A stretch of DNA of 64,000 nt from Chrysomallon squamiferum. Lineage: Eukaryota > Animalia > Mollusca. Shown piece after piece: positions 1 to 13,522 of this stretch (within the stretch, counting starts at the first letter, position 1; each line of letters begins with the position of its first letter). Where the stretch lies: assembly GCA_012295275.1 (NCBI GenBank), contig CM022670.1, positions 23,622,001 to 23,686,000 of the forward strand. Reading direction: 5' to 3'. Below the pieces are notes generated by a model. That model made no database searches and had not been told where the DNA came from. It saw only the letters and a program-made list of their open reading frames with translations. The translations under genes and the position numbers were made by a program.

Positions 1-2273
1 AAGAGCTATGGGGAACACTTCTTCTTCGTGAAATACAGTACAGGTGTGTATAGGATGTTGAGAGAAGCTCGCGGTGAAATGTTATTTTAAACTCCGGTTT
101 CTAAAAACTGACTGAGGTATGTTTTTACTTAGACTGTGACATCTGCACATATCTGCACCTTAAGAAAAAAAAAAATAAAAGCTAGTAAAATTTATTGGTA
201 CTGTGTTCACTTCCCAGCCCCAAAAGATAGCTTTAAAAGTATACAGAATGTGACGGGGAAAAGCCTTTTTATTATTTTTAGTGTTGGCAAACCAAATACT
301 CGTGGTTTTGATGTGGTCGTTTATTATGTAACGCCACCTAGCGGTAAGGTATTCTACTGGTATTGTATTTATACATACTATCGGGAACTTCAGATGCTTG
401 TTTTTTTTTTTTTTTCACAACTTTTATTTGATTAAAAAAATGATAACCAGAATATCTCCATGCAATATATATACAATCTCCTGACCAGTCTGGTCTAAGC
501 ACAGATAGCCTAAGACTGAAGAGCTCTGAAAGAAATGTTTTAATCACAAGAGAAACGCCTGTGACTGTACGACTGTAGTTCAGATGGACTTAGGTAGCTA
601 CGTATTTACTGGTATGTTTGTTTAACCTTGGTGTGACTGCTGTGACAATGCTATTATTTTTGTTCCATATTTTGAGTGTCTTCGGTAATCATGCAAAAGA
701 AATTGTAGGCTTCAGTTCTCTAATATAACGATTATTCGGTACGATAATACGTAACCGGTAATCGTGAAAAGATGTTACTGTTTTTATCGAGGTATACACA
801 AGTATTAATCCTGCATTACCAGGTAAATGAGTAGTTAAGTGAAATCTACGAGTAGGTGAAAAGTGCTTCAGTCTCCTTCTTAATAAAATTCATCTGTCAG
901 CGTCTACGTCCTGTGTAAGTTAATGTTAAGTTAATAGAAATACATACCGTACAATGAAAGTAATTCTAATTAAAAAGTCGTGTGATTAGTTCTCGTGTGT
1001 TACTCACATCATATTTTGTAATTCGTCATCGCTAGAGTTAATCATAGTTTCAGGAGTGTATTGTTGTTTCTAGTGAACGTTAACCTGCTAATCAAATAGT
1101 TATATGAAGATACACATACGAGAATGTCGGACGTTTTGTCCACAGATATTTCGGTTTAGGACATTTGGGAATAGGACATCTCGGACTGGACGGTTTTGAC
1201 TGCATCAGTCAACCTTTTTCATTTTCAGAAAATAATACCGAAAATATGAAAATATTTATTTGTTAGCACTACACCACTTTCAAATATTAGGCTGGCACCG
1301 TGAAGCAGTTCAGGAATGGACTCACACCCAGAGGACCTGTTCTCACATAAACGTTGGATCTAAAGCTACACGTGCACTTTTTGTGGTTCTCGTTTTGAAA
1401 CATCTCTCTCACAAACTTGAGCACTTTCAACAAGAGCTTGGAATTCACTGGAAAATGACGTAGAATATCGTTTTATTCGTTAAGGTTTTCTTTCTCGGCT
1501 GTCTGGTATCTGGATTTAGCATTCTTTACCAGCATCTCGGTAGATATCCCTTGACATACAGATAACACACGCAAACACATCAGACATACAGACATGACTA
1601 TGTATATATATATAGATATATATATACACACATTCTTCTTTAAAAACAAATGTGCAATGGGAGAAGAAATTAAATCGTTTCATTTCATTCAGATTTTTTT
1701 CGTTTTTCTTGACGTTTTTAATTATATTGTTCTAATGAAATTTTTATGTACGTTATCGATACACTAGACTTAAAAATCAGACTTTCTGCGCTGAATGCTG
1801 ACACACCCAAAATGCTGACACATACAAAATAAAAAAAATTAACTGACATATGTTTGTTTTATACGAAAACACGGTATTACGAGTAACAGAAAAATACACG
1901 GTAACAAAAATAGATTTAAAGAAACTAGATTCCACTTAGGTGTGTGGAAAATAAATTGTAGTTTTATGTATGCAACTTAACAACTTGTTTTTGTAAACAG
2001 CTTCATCTTAGGTAGCAGTCTGTTAATAGTATGTACAAAAGAAACAACACGATATCTTTCTGATGACAGAATAATTCTGTTTATAATATCGATAAGTTAC
2101 GTCTACAACAACAAAACTCAAAACAAAACAAACTGTTAACAAAACGGATGATCTAGGTACAGCATAAATACGTATATACATGAGGTTGTCTTGACTGCCG
2201 AACGGTATCGGAGTGCGTTCGAATCTCTTCAGCGACATCTGGTGGGTTTGTACTCCTGTGCCATTGCATTCTC

Positions 2274-2630
2274 GCATACATACATACATACATACATACA
2301 TACATACATACATACATACATACATACATACATACATACATACATACACACACATACATACATACATACATACACACACATACATACACATATTTATGCA
2401 TACATGCATGCATACCTACCTACCTACCTACCTACCTACCTACTACATACATACATACACACATACATACATACATACATACACACACATACACACATAC
2501 ATACACATATTCATGCATACATACATGCATACCTACCTACCTACCTACCTACCTACTACATACATACATACATACATATATACATACATACATACATGCA
2601 TGCATTCTCAAGCATATATATATATATGAA
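2274..2630. repeat. Compound (TACA)n/(TACC)n microsatellite with a duplicated ~118-bp higher-order block
   Basis: The block CACATATTYATGCATACATRCATGCATACCTACC...TACTACATAC occurs twice (about 2387 and 2504). Confidence 0.95.
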
Positions 2631-4178
2631 CGTACTTATATAAAATACATACATTCAGAAATACATACAAAATCAATACAACATCACACACGCACAAACA
2701 TGTACAAATATAAACCTACCTGCATGTATAAAAAAATAAATACATTTACACTGAATAAATCTGTAATATAATTTTCAACTTTGTACAGTGGTTTACTATA
2801 AACAGTACTGCTGAACGTACATTGTAAGACATAGATACATGTTTTACATTTATACATCCATTGGTAATGTATTACATCTGTTAATAAAATATTCATCAGT
2901 TACATTTAATACAAATCTCTGTTTGTTACTGAGTATCTGAGATTGAGAACACTGTTACAACTGTTTTAAACATTTCTACAATTTTATTATTAAATAGTTC
3001 AAGTTCCTGTGTATCGTGACACAAGAATGTGTTTATAAACTTTTTACTGAATACCATACATTACCACAACTGTATATTTAAATGTACATTCATATGGCAA
3101 AGTCGTTTACCTATGTTTAAAAGTAAACTATCTTTATGGTTAAGTTTTACATGCAAAAGCCATCCCAGCTGTTTTTGTGCGTGTGTGTGTGGAGTGGGTG
3201 TTTATGGGTGTATACATACACATATACACACACACACATACACACTAATATATGTACATATGCATACCATTCAAAGTCCAGAACATTAATGCTGCTAGAC
3301 GAAATAAAAATCAGACTTGCCAATTAAAGCCAGAGAACATGATCCTTTTTCCCCGGCTTTTGAGAGAACACCCATTAACTTTATTTCATCGAGTCCCACA
3401 AGCGGAGAGATCCAGAACATTTCGGCTTTCATTTGTAATTGTGCTCCCAGCAGACTTGTCAAACTGTCTGAACGGTGATGTTAAATCTGTAAATCACACT
3501 GAGAAAAACATCACCTGGGACATGTAGAGGTAATAACTTCTACTGCACACAGTCACGTCACTGGGATTTACCGTCTGCATAAATCTTAAACATTGATTAA
3601 AGAAATGCGTGTTTTGCTTGCTGCGGTTTATGTGTGCTGTTCAAGATGTGTGTTGTTTGTATGCAATGTATGCGCATGGTTCAGGGTGTGCGCGTTTTGT
3701 TGAATGGAATGCATGCGTGTTGTTCAGTCTAATGTGTTGGAAAAAATGTCCGTTAGAAGTATATTCGATATAGTTTTATATAAAACGGTACATATGTTCT
3801 TTTCATTAAAACGTTCATGTATTGTTCAGTAGAATGTAGGTTTTGATCAGTGGGACAGTGTATGTATGTATGTATATATTCAATATAGTATAAGGCCAGA
3901 ATGTATATATATATATATATATGTATATATTCAATTTAGTTTAAGTTTATTGGTCAATATAATGTATATGTTCTGTCCAGCGAATGTGTATGTAGAACGT
4001 AAGTGTGTTGTTTTATAAGGGTGGATCTATACTAGACGTTAAAGCAGGTGCTTTGATTAGAGGTGTCGTTTTTTTTTTATAATGTTGCATAATATAGAGT
4101 TTTACATTTCTATATCTATCGCACTGAATTTGTAAAACAGTATATATTACGTGAAAGACTAAAAGAAAACCCCGAAAG

Positions 4179-4284
<106 letters not shown>

Positions 4285-7200
4285 TTGTTTACTGCACTGA
4301 GACCATGCTAATCTAAGAAGAATATGGCTGTATTTGGTTAGTACAAGGAATCCTTGATTACATGCCGCTGTTATAATGATAATAACCATCTTTACATGCC
4401 TTGCTTGAATTAACAAGCTAATGAACTCCTATCGGTCACAAACAAAATGCAAGCATTGTTAATTAAATATCAAAATAACTCTAGCAATGTGTCTTAGAAA
4501 AACAGTGAGGTCAGAAACTGTACCTTCAAAAGTCATTACTGAATAATTAAAATGGGATAATTATAATTAATCACAACTTTTTTTTTTATATCCGTCTCAT
4601 TAGCGTGTACCTGTTTCGTTTTGCTTAAGTTATTTAATTAGCTCTGTTTTCGTTACAAAGCGACTGGTAAATAAAGTGATTCTTCTAGAAGTTTTAATAT
4701 TATAGCTTTTATAGTGTGTAGCTGATTATTTGTTTATTCCTTGCAGCTGCTCCTTTTAATCCATTGTCCATAAGCGGTTCGTCCATTGGTCTTTTAGTAA
4801 TGTTTTTATTTTATTTGACAATTTGATACTTTGTTAATTAATTGTTTGTTTATTAATGATTAATTGTTCTTCCTTTCAAGTGTTCAATGGTTGTTTCGTC
4901 CATCGGTTCCATTTTTCCTTCAGAATTTCAGTAATGTCATTTAAACCTAATATTCGTGAAGATATCAACTCGTATTATTTTATTTACCACTTTGAGCATA
5001 AGCGTTTCTAAATAAATAAGTAAACAGTTACAGTATTCCACAAACATGTATTTTACGTATGTAAACAAACATCAGAAAAGTTCGTGACTGTCATATTTAA
5101 CGGTTTTTTTGCACTTACCGAAAATAACATTCCTGCTGCAACAATTTATTCTAATGACATACATGTATAACGAATTTAGAAAAACGAAACTTGTGAAGTA
5201 TTTTACTGATAACGTCTTAAAATATTTGTCTCGATATCAGAGATGAGAATCATACTGAATTATTTCACACCTTGCGGATATGCTTGTCCGCAATTTCAGC
5301 AAAACCAAAGATGAAGTCTTTTCACGTCAAAACACGTGTCTCTGTACGTACTGTATAAATTATTAATGCTGACAGGCTACAAATGAAACATCAGATGTAA
5401 TGAAATGTTGGAAACTCGATAGCCGTGTCGTACATCAGAGTGGATGGTGTGCTAACATTTAATAATTAACGATCGCTTTAGAGCAATCTCCGCCGCGTTT
5501 AGGCCAGACGTCAGCAGCCGATGACGAAACGAGCCTCATGATCGTCTGACATTCCGCCACACCAGATGGCGCCTGCTGGAACTGGCAGCTTGTCGGTGTT
5601 ACATTAGAGTGCACGTGCATGTGTACAAGACGTTACTGGTCTTCACGGGTTTGCTGTGTTTAAGGAATACAGAGATTAAGAGAAAAATAACACTAAGTAG
5701 AATGTCTTCTTTCTGCCGCGATTCTGGGTTTATGGATGTTTTTTTTGTTTTTTTAATAAATAAAAAAATAAACGTATATGTGAATGTAACATCAAAGTGT
5801 TATTTGAAATATTTCTTTATTTGTTCTCCTTGGATTTAACGTAAATGTCCAAATCATTGTAATAATAAAGAACATGTCCTAATATAAAATATTTAAAAAA
5901 CCACAAGTACTATAGAAAAGAAAGCAAAAACATTTCAAACAAAAATAAATTTTAATAGAAATAATTACATATCTACATTACGCACATTTTGATTCTACGA
6001 GTGTCTGTCATTTCAAAAACGCTTACATCCACTGAAGGTTATAGGATTCCTGTCTTGGGCCCATTTTAAAAAAAAAAAAAAAAAAATAAAAAGATCCTGA
6101 GTTATTTATACAAGACAGGTTAGTGTCAGGGCACGTTAGAGAGAACAGTACAATGGTAAAAGTTCGCTGCAGTGAGCTTAGGATAGGAGGCGGAATGTAA
6201 ATTCGATCCAGGTGATTACCTAACCGCAGATACGCCGAGTCTGTACAAACTGCGTTATAAAGAGTTTATGTAATATGAACAAATCATTAAAGCAAACAAG
6301 CATGATATAATTTCTCTCGTTTGATTTATAACCGTCACTAGTTATTGAGAGTAATTAGAATTAGAGAACGCAATAACATTAGCAGATCAATGTAACATGG
6401 AGCTGATAAAACAATAAGCAGACGAGAGGCAAACAATCTGCAAACCTAGACAAACAAAACTAAAGACATTAGATACATTGCGAAGCAGATACGTAGAAAC
6501 TTAAAGGCAGACAACACTAGACAGACAACATTACATCTCAGTACTAGACATAGCACGAGGCAGGCAATGCTACAGACGCGAAAACAAACCCAAGTAGTCC
6601 AAACCAGAAATACGACACAGTTAGAGGTTTGGGACACTCAATACTAGGGTGTTGAACATACAGAATTTGAGACATTTAAGCAGACACTACTGAAAAGACT
6701 ACGGTAGACATTATATTCTAAAGTAGATAACATTAGAAATGTGAAGCAGACAAAAAGTCGGACTTGAATATAAATTGTCTGGTTTCTAATAATATTGTGA
6801 TCACTTGCACTTTTGTGTAATGTCGGCTACAGACAAAATGCTAAGGGAAAAAAAGAGAAAAAAAAAAAAAAACTTATTCAGAAGTATTGACGGTATAACT
6901 CGGAACAAATAAATAGCAGCTGTTACTAAATTACTAAGAAGATTGTCAAACTCGATTGAGTGTTATCGATAAATATCCATAGAGGTAACTGAATGAAGAA
7001 TATGTTAAATGTTTTGTTTATTTTCGGATGATATCGTTTTTCAAACTGATTTAATTTTTTTAAATTTTTTCCTCCTCCACAAGTTTTATTCTACTTAAGA
7101 AAAGTAAGCCGGATTTTTCTAAAAGCTAAAAAATCAACAATAATAATAAATAAATAAATAAATAAATTAATTAATTAAATAAAAAGTGAGGACCTAATGG

Positions 7201-8094
7201 TTAGAACGGGACTGTATATATTTCATTATCATACAAAACTGCCATCTGTTAGAACTTGGCAGATAGGTGGGTCCTCTACAATTTCTAAAAGTTAAGACCT
7301 TATCAAATCTAAATCAGTCCCTGGTTGATTCTAGTGGTACACGGAGTGATTCGTTGTTTCCTTCCTTTTATTATCATTTTAATACCGTTTAATATGTAAC
7401 AGCCATTCATGTATTTCACCTTAAAAACATTAAAATATCGAAATAATTATTATAAATCGATTATATCACATCGGTCATGACAAAAATAGAATTATCCAAA
7501 TAATTCATTAATCCAATCATGAATTCAGAATACTAAACTATTATGTTATAATTAAAATAACAGAAATACTGTATTGTAAATCGAGCGTTTCATATTACCA
7601 GTATGTATATATATAGAACGTCCAATCAAATTAGTGTGTTTTGTGTTTGGATGTTTCTGAAGGTTTAAACGAACTTTTAAATGCTGGCCGCTGATTGTAA
7701 GAAAACCCTGACACCTTTCCAATAGATTCTACATTAACCAGTCCTGAGGTTCAATAACTCATCAAGTTTAGGTGAAACATAAGTGAGTGGTTTGTTGACT
7801 TACTCGTAGCTAATTTCCTTACTCGTTTTGTCCCCGGGTAAATTCCTCCCCGAATTTCTGTGCACCTTCATGAAACTAAAATTAACTGCAACTTTATGAC
7901 AGATTTCTACGAATGGAGTTGCTTTTAGTGATTCATTCAAAACCGACGACCGTAATGAAGTTGTTTTTGACTGTCAGAGGCTAAAACTCACTGAATGTAA
8001 AGTATATCTGAAAACAAACTCAGAACAGAGAGCTTATTGAGTTTGCCAACTTAGAGTTGTATTAAGTGTTTATCTCCCCTAAGTCCTGGCAATA

Positions 8095-8226
8095 CTATCT
8101 ATCTATCTCTTTAGCTATCTATCTATAGATCGATCGATCTGTCTGTCCGTCTGACTCTCTATCTGTCTATCTATCTATCTAACTGTCTATCTGTTTATCT
8201 GTCTCTCTATATATCTATCCATCTAT
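8095..8226. repeat. Degenerate (ATCT/GTCT)n microsatellite
   Basis: Visible tetranucleotide repeats. Confidence 0.85.
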
Positions 8227-8276
8227 TTCTTGTTTTTGTTCATTTTTAAAATGGTTTTTACTTTATCTTACAGGAA

Positions 8277-8314
<38 letters not shown>

Positions 8315-8845
8315 GAAGATAAATTAAATTCAACATATTCTATTGTCCTCTTTGATGCGGACGAAATCAGATGAATATCTGTGACAGTTTTTTATTTCTA
8401 TACTGAATTCCAAGAACTACATTGTGGTCAACGGTGACCTGAAATGCGCCGAGCTGGACGTTAAGTACGTCTGTCTCGACGCGAATGTTAACGTCGCTTC
8501 AGACGTAGCTGTCTCTGGGAACACACATAACACATAATTAGATGTCATTTACAGCAGTCCGGAAACGTCCCTTTTCATAACTGGTTTTCCACTGCCACCA
8601 GCAAAGACAGAAATGCGGCGAGGTTCCGTTATTTCACATTGATAGCACATTAACGTGCAGACGCCCTCCAGTGAAATGAAGGACGCGTCTATTTTTGTTT
8701 AATGAAATGAAATTAACGTTAGTTTCATTCTACGAGCATATTTGTAACCATGCATTATTAAGTATACTACGTTTGGAGGATTTTTACTCTTTTGTACATT
8801 TGTAAATTGAGTATGGGTTATGTGAAAGTGTGATAGGTATTAATA

Positions 8846-8884
8846 TTATTATTGTTATTGTTATTGTTATTGTTATTGTTATTG

Positions 8885-8940
<56 letters not shown>

Positions 8941-8998
8941 ACAAATCGTTGAATTATTATTATTATTATTATTATTAATAATAATTCAACGATTTGTT
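8846..8998. repeat. (ATT/GTT)n microsatellite ending in a 22-bp perfect inverted repeat
   Basis: AACAAATCGTTGAATTATTATT (8940-8961) and its exact reverse complement (8977-8998). Confidence 0.92.
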
Positions 8999-11226
8999 TT
9001 TAATCACTAAAAGTAAATAATAATAAGGAGAGAACAGAGAAACAGAACGAGAGAGATCAAGATGTTTTCAATTTAATAAAACATTATAAATGGGGCTCTT
9101 AACATATGTCCTACGCTAAGTGAGAAAACACATTTTTAATCAAATTAATTTAGTTTTTCCGTTAACAAAACATTACAGATCTGGATTTTACTATACACAA
9201 AACACTTTAAAACATACTGTGAACACTTCTCCAACTAATTCAATCATGGATACTTAATATTTCAGTTGTTTTCAGAAAACTAGTGAAAAATCACTAATAG
9301 TAATCACTAATTTTTAAAAAATCAGACTAAACTTAGACTTTTTATCATTTAAAAAAAAAAAAAAAAAAAAGAGAGACGACAACCAAAATAACTAATAATC
9401 TTGTCAGAATTGTCGTTTATGTATTTTATCTTAACAATCTGACAGTTTGGGAATTTTTACTAAATCCACATTACAATATCAAAAAAAAAATTAAATGCAA
9501 AAATTAACGAGCGATTGCAATTGCTAAAATTAACATGTGGTTAACCCGTTTGGGACGATGTCAAAAGATTTAATTATTTTGAGCCTTCACCTAAAATAAC
9601 GATCACACAGCGATTTTTTTTCTTCTTCTTCTTCTTCTTCTTTTTCTCTGTTTGGCAGCGAAGTGCACGTCATCTGTTTAAACAGCAAACATTTATCACG
9701 ACAGACAGCTGCCTTGTGCCATTGTGGTCATTCTTGAGGCGTTGTCACCAGTCAATGAACAGTTAAGAACTCTTTTAGAGGAGTCAGGCTTCAGTCAAAT
9801 GTCTACAGAGGATCAATGAACTCTCCTCTGTGGAAAGGAAATAAAGCCGCGCTCTTTAGCGAAGAAGGAAAATTAAGTCATCAGAAATCAATGACGGAGG
9901 AGTTTTCGGTTTGCATTTTTCTGTGAATCTGTAATATGATTATTGAATTTCTCTTCAATGATCAAACGTTTAGCAAGATATTATTGTGTGAACGTCTTCT
10001 CAGTTGGAAATCGCCGTTACAGAAAGAAAGAGAGAAAAAAAAAATGTTCACATAAATGGAATTGAAAAATTCTATTACAAGGTTAAAAGGAAGCCCAAAT
10101 CTTATTTATTTCCAATTTGACCTAAGTGAAATACAAAATTAACTATAAAGGAGTATGTTGATGTTTTTTTAAAACGAATACAGAGCGCTAGAGAACTAAA
10201 TAATTATTTTACTTCATAACTGAGGAAAGTTTAGACAAAAAAAGACGTCTGCACCAACAGTTTATTTCAGGGCTTATTTTTTTCACATTTTCCTCATTTT
10301 TTTTTCAGATGGAAATGAAAAACATTTTTCAGTCTTCAGAATGATTAATTCTTGGAATTTAAACCATTTAGACCATATATATTACAATGTTTTTTTAGCA
10401 ATTTTAATTTAGTTTCTTATTTCTTTCTTCTTCTTCTTTTTTTTTTTTTTTTTTATTTTATTTTTTTTTTTTTTTCACCCGAGGCTGTTAATTAAAAATC
10501 TGAAGATTCCATGAAGAAACTGATCAGAATTCTATTTGAAAATTTTTCTAATTACAGGTTTTGTTCTTTATAATTATTTCAAATAACACACATAATAAAA
10601 GCAAAGATGCTTTAGGACATTTGTAATTCTGTACGCACAACTGACTCAAGTATTTTTTTTTTATGAAAACTTTTTATTATGTTTATTAATAAACTACATG
10701 CAACAAAAAATATTAATATGAAAAAAAATAATAATAATACAGGTAAGCACATACTTACATATCCTATTAATCATATACATATATGCACCAATAAGTAAAA
10801 ATAAAAAAATTAATTACAATACAAAAAAAAAATAAAAAAAATAAAAAAAATTAGAAAAAGTCTGTATATATAAAAAGCAAAATTATTGAACATTTTCAGT
10901 AACAAATTAATTAAAATGCATATCTTTGGTCAAAACAAAGAGGAAAAATAATATAAAAATTAGTTAAAATTCGGAGAAGTTACTATATTTCCATGTCTCA
11001 TTTTTATTTATTTTTTTATAATAAATGCGTAATTTTTATGTTTTTATTTTTACGAAGTAAGAAAATATTTTAAAAATGAATATAAACGCTAATATCGAAA
11101 AGAATAAAATAATTCTAAACCGAATAAATAGTAACTCAAAAATAGCTAAATATAGCAAGGTTAAATAATTAGGTTATGCAATATATATATATATATATAA
11201 TTAGTCAAAATATGGTGAAAAAGGCG

Positions 11227-11262
<36 letters not shown>

Positions 11263-11801
11263 GTTCAACACTTTCTTACCCAACATGATATACAAAACAG
11301 TTAAACAGATATAAAAATAATTGTTTTGTTCAGAGTCAACCTGAGATACAAATCAAATTTGTGACGGTTTTTAATCAAAACTGACTGTTATGGCCAACTC
11401 GCTGATTTCATACCTTGTAAATGTCTCATAAACTGTAATAATATTAACAAAATGCTATTATTTACAGAACGGGAGAAAAAAAAAAAAAAAAACGGAATCA
11501 TTTCTTTTAATTAGAAACAAGCGCAATTATCAAGATAGTAGAAAAATAACAGATGTATTTTAATTACTAAATTTTTAAAATGTTTCGTAGTTTTATTTTG
11601 CTGAAGTCGTAATACTTCATTACTTTATTATCAGTATCTTCCAGTGGTGAAAATAATTATAATCAAACGCGTTATTGCTTTCGTTTGGACTGAAGAACAA
11701 AACCAGTAACAGAAATAAAAGTATCGTTCTTCACAGTATTCAAAAAAACGCACACGTCTCATTCGTCTCTTGCTAACGTAGAAAAGCTGTTTTAAGTTTG
11801 G

Positions 11802-11867
11802 TTAAACCATGTATCCTCCTCTGTTGATGTGTCTACACAGACAGCAGGACAATATGAGACCGAGTAA
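11802..11867 (-). CDS. Tetraspanin last coding exon (LLGLILSCCLCRHINRGGYMV*)
   Basis: ttttcag acceptor; juxtamembrane Cys cluster; TAA at 11802-11804; total protein 277 aa. Confidence 0.9.
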   Translation of the reverse strand, partial: LLGLILSCCLCRHINRGGYMV

Positions 11868-12185
11868 CTGAAAAGAAAATAATAATAATAATAATAATTC
11901 ATAATTGTTATTTAAAATATTAATAATAAATTTCAGTCCAAAAAAAAATAATAATTCTTGACGTGGTTCTTAATTATTATTTTTAATATTGAAGGGATTA
12001 ATTTCCTAGTCCCTCCCAAATTTTTATTTTATTTTATTTTTTTTTTTATTATTATTTTAATGTTTTTTTCATTTATTAATTTTAATTAATTTTTCTTTTT
12101 CTTTTTCATTATTATTATTTTATTGAATTTTTTAAAAAAATTTTTTTTTTAAACTTTTATGCATTTTATGTTTTTGGCTGTGTGT

Positions 12186-12222
<37 letters not shown>

Positions 12223-12276
12223 TTTTACGATGTGATTTTTTTTATGAAACAAATTTCAGGATAATGAAATAATTAC

Positions 12277-12360
12277 CATGACTACAGCGGTGGCGACTGC
12301 AATGGAACCAATGATTAGGGCATATTTGTCCATGTGATCAATAATTTTGTCATAGCAACC
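12277..12360 (-). CDS. Tetraspanin coding exon 6 (GCYDKIIDHMDKYALIIGSIAVATAVVM)
   Basis: tttcag acceptor and GTAATT donor; 84 nt; GC motif and start of TM4. Confidence 0.92.
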
Positions 12361-12757
12361 CTGAAACAGTCAAACAGTATATATAAATATACATATAATT
12401 TAATTGTTGATATTTTGCAGCTGTGTGTAAAAAAAAACACGAAAAAAACAACTTAAAAGTATTAAAATTACTAAATGATACTGTAAATTTAATATTTTCA
12501 TATCATGACGCATATATATATATATATTTATTTATTTATTTATTAAGTCAGTACTATTGCATACGATAATTTATATAATAACATTTTTTTACTTACAATA
12601 CAGTTACCGTTTATTGCTTATATATTTTAATACTGCAATGTCCATTCCTTGTGTATATTTTCAAAGTATGCAGTTATTGTCTATTGCTTGTACATATTTT
12701 TACACTGTGCAGTAAGTGTATATTATTTGTACATATACTTTTAATAAATATACTTGC

Positions 12758-12903
12758 ATCTGTATAAATATATTCGTTGACTGGCATAGAAGAGTTCAAG
12801 GGTGGACCTAAAAATGGGATTCCATTTTTAAATACTTTTCCTGTACAAATGTCAGTGTTGTTGTCTGGCTTACAACAGCTTTCTGGAACGTACAACTTGT
12901 CCG
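12758..12903 (-). CDS. Tetraspanin coding exon 5 (VPESCC...ICTG...YIYTD), GC donor
   Basis: tttacag acceptor, phase 1 start; PxSCC motif; ends at GAT|GCAAGT, which gives the expected IYxxGC junction with the next exon. Confidence 0.85.
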
Positions 12904-13254
12904 CTGTAAACATAAATAAAATTAATATTTTAACGTTATTTTTATTTATATTTTCATTTATTATTATTATTATTATTATTTTTTTTTTTTTTTTTTTTCT
13001 TTTATATTATCAGATATGTCGTGAAAATTAAAAAAAGAAGAAAAGAAAGAAACAAACAAACAAACAAAGAAGAAAACATCAGTTTTGTCTAACAAAACCA
13101 AACCTTATTGTTTTTATAAAATTTAAATATAAATAAATAAATTGTTCATAATAACGTTCCATGTAGCTTTGATGTCCTTGATAATAACGACAGTAATAAA
13201 TTTCTTTCTTGCTCGTTTGTTGCTCGTGTTCTGTTTCTCGCAAGAACGAAAGCT

Positions 13255-13299
<45 letters not shown>

Positions 13300-13329
13300 T
13301 ATTACAAAATTGTAATCTGAAACACGTAC

Positions 13330-13522
13330 TAAGGTTCGAATCAGAAAACCAAGTAGAATTCAGTTTGTACACAGCCCACGACCTCGTCGAGTTCACGTCG
13401 CCGGAGACGCCGCAGCATTTCATTTTGGTCTGGATGTCATCCCAGGCGTCGGTAACTTTCTGGTCCACACCATATTTGTATATCAGATTAGTTTCTGTCT
13501 CCTTCTTCACCTGCTCCTTTAA
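13330..13522 (-). CDS. Tetraspanin coding exon 4 (large extracellular loop, AWDDIQTKMKCCG)
   Basis: cag acceptor and GTACGT donor; 193 nt ending phase 1; WDxIQ...CCG hallmark. Confidence 0.92.

Noticed and set aside
1-122. ATG GGG AAC ACT TCT (myristoylation-like start) and a GAG|GTATGT donor
   Set aside because: Stop after 7 codons and no linked downstream exon found; it could be a non-coding exon but this is unsupported.
2185-2237. CTGAAGA plus hairpin on the minus strand, hammerhead-like
   Set aside because: The GAAA box is absent (AAGA) and there is no stem I pairing.
2023-2643. Several 86-150 aa ORFs (YIHT/MYVC repeats)
   Set aside because: Translations of the (TACA)n microsatellite.
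3600-4030. Loosely periodic AATGTRTGTGTTGTTCAG motifs (also an AGACA-rich tract at 6380-6750)
   Set aside because: Decayed low-complexity minisatellites with no definable unit or functional signal.
6146-6210. Weak A-box/B-box (TTCGATCC) suggesting a tRNA or SINE head
   Set aside because: No cloverleaf and the boxes are too degenerate to support a call.
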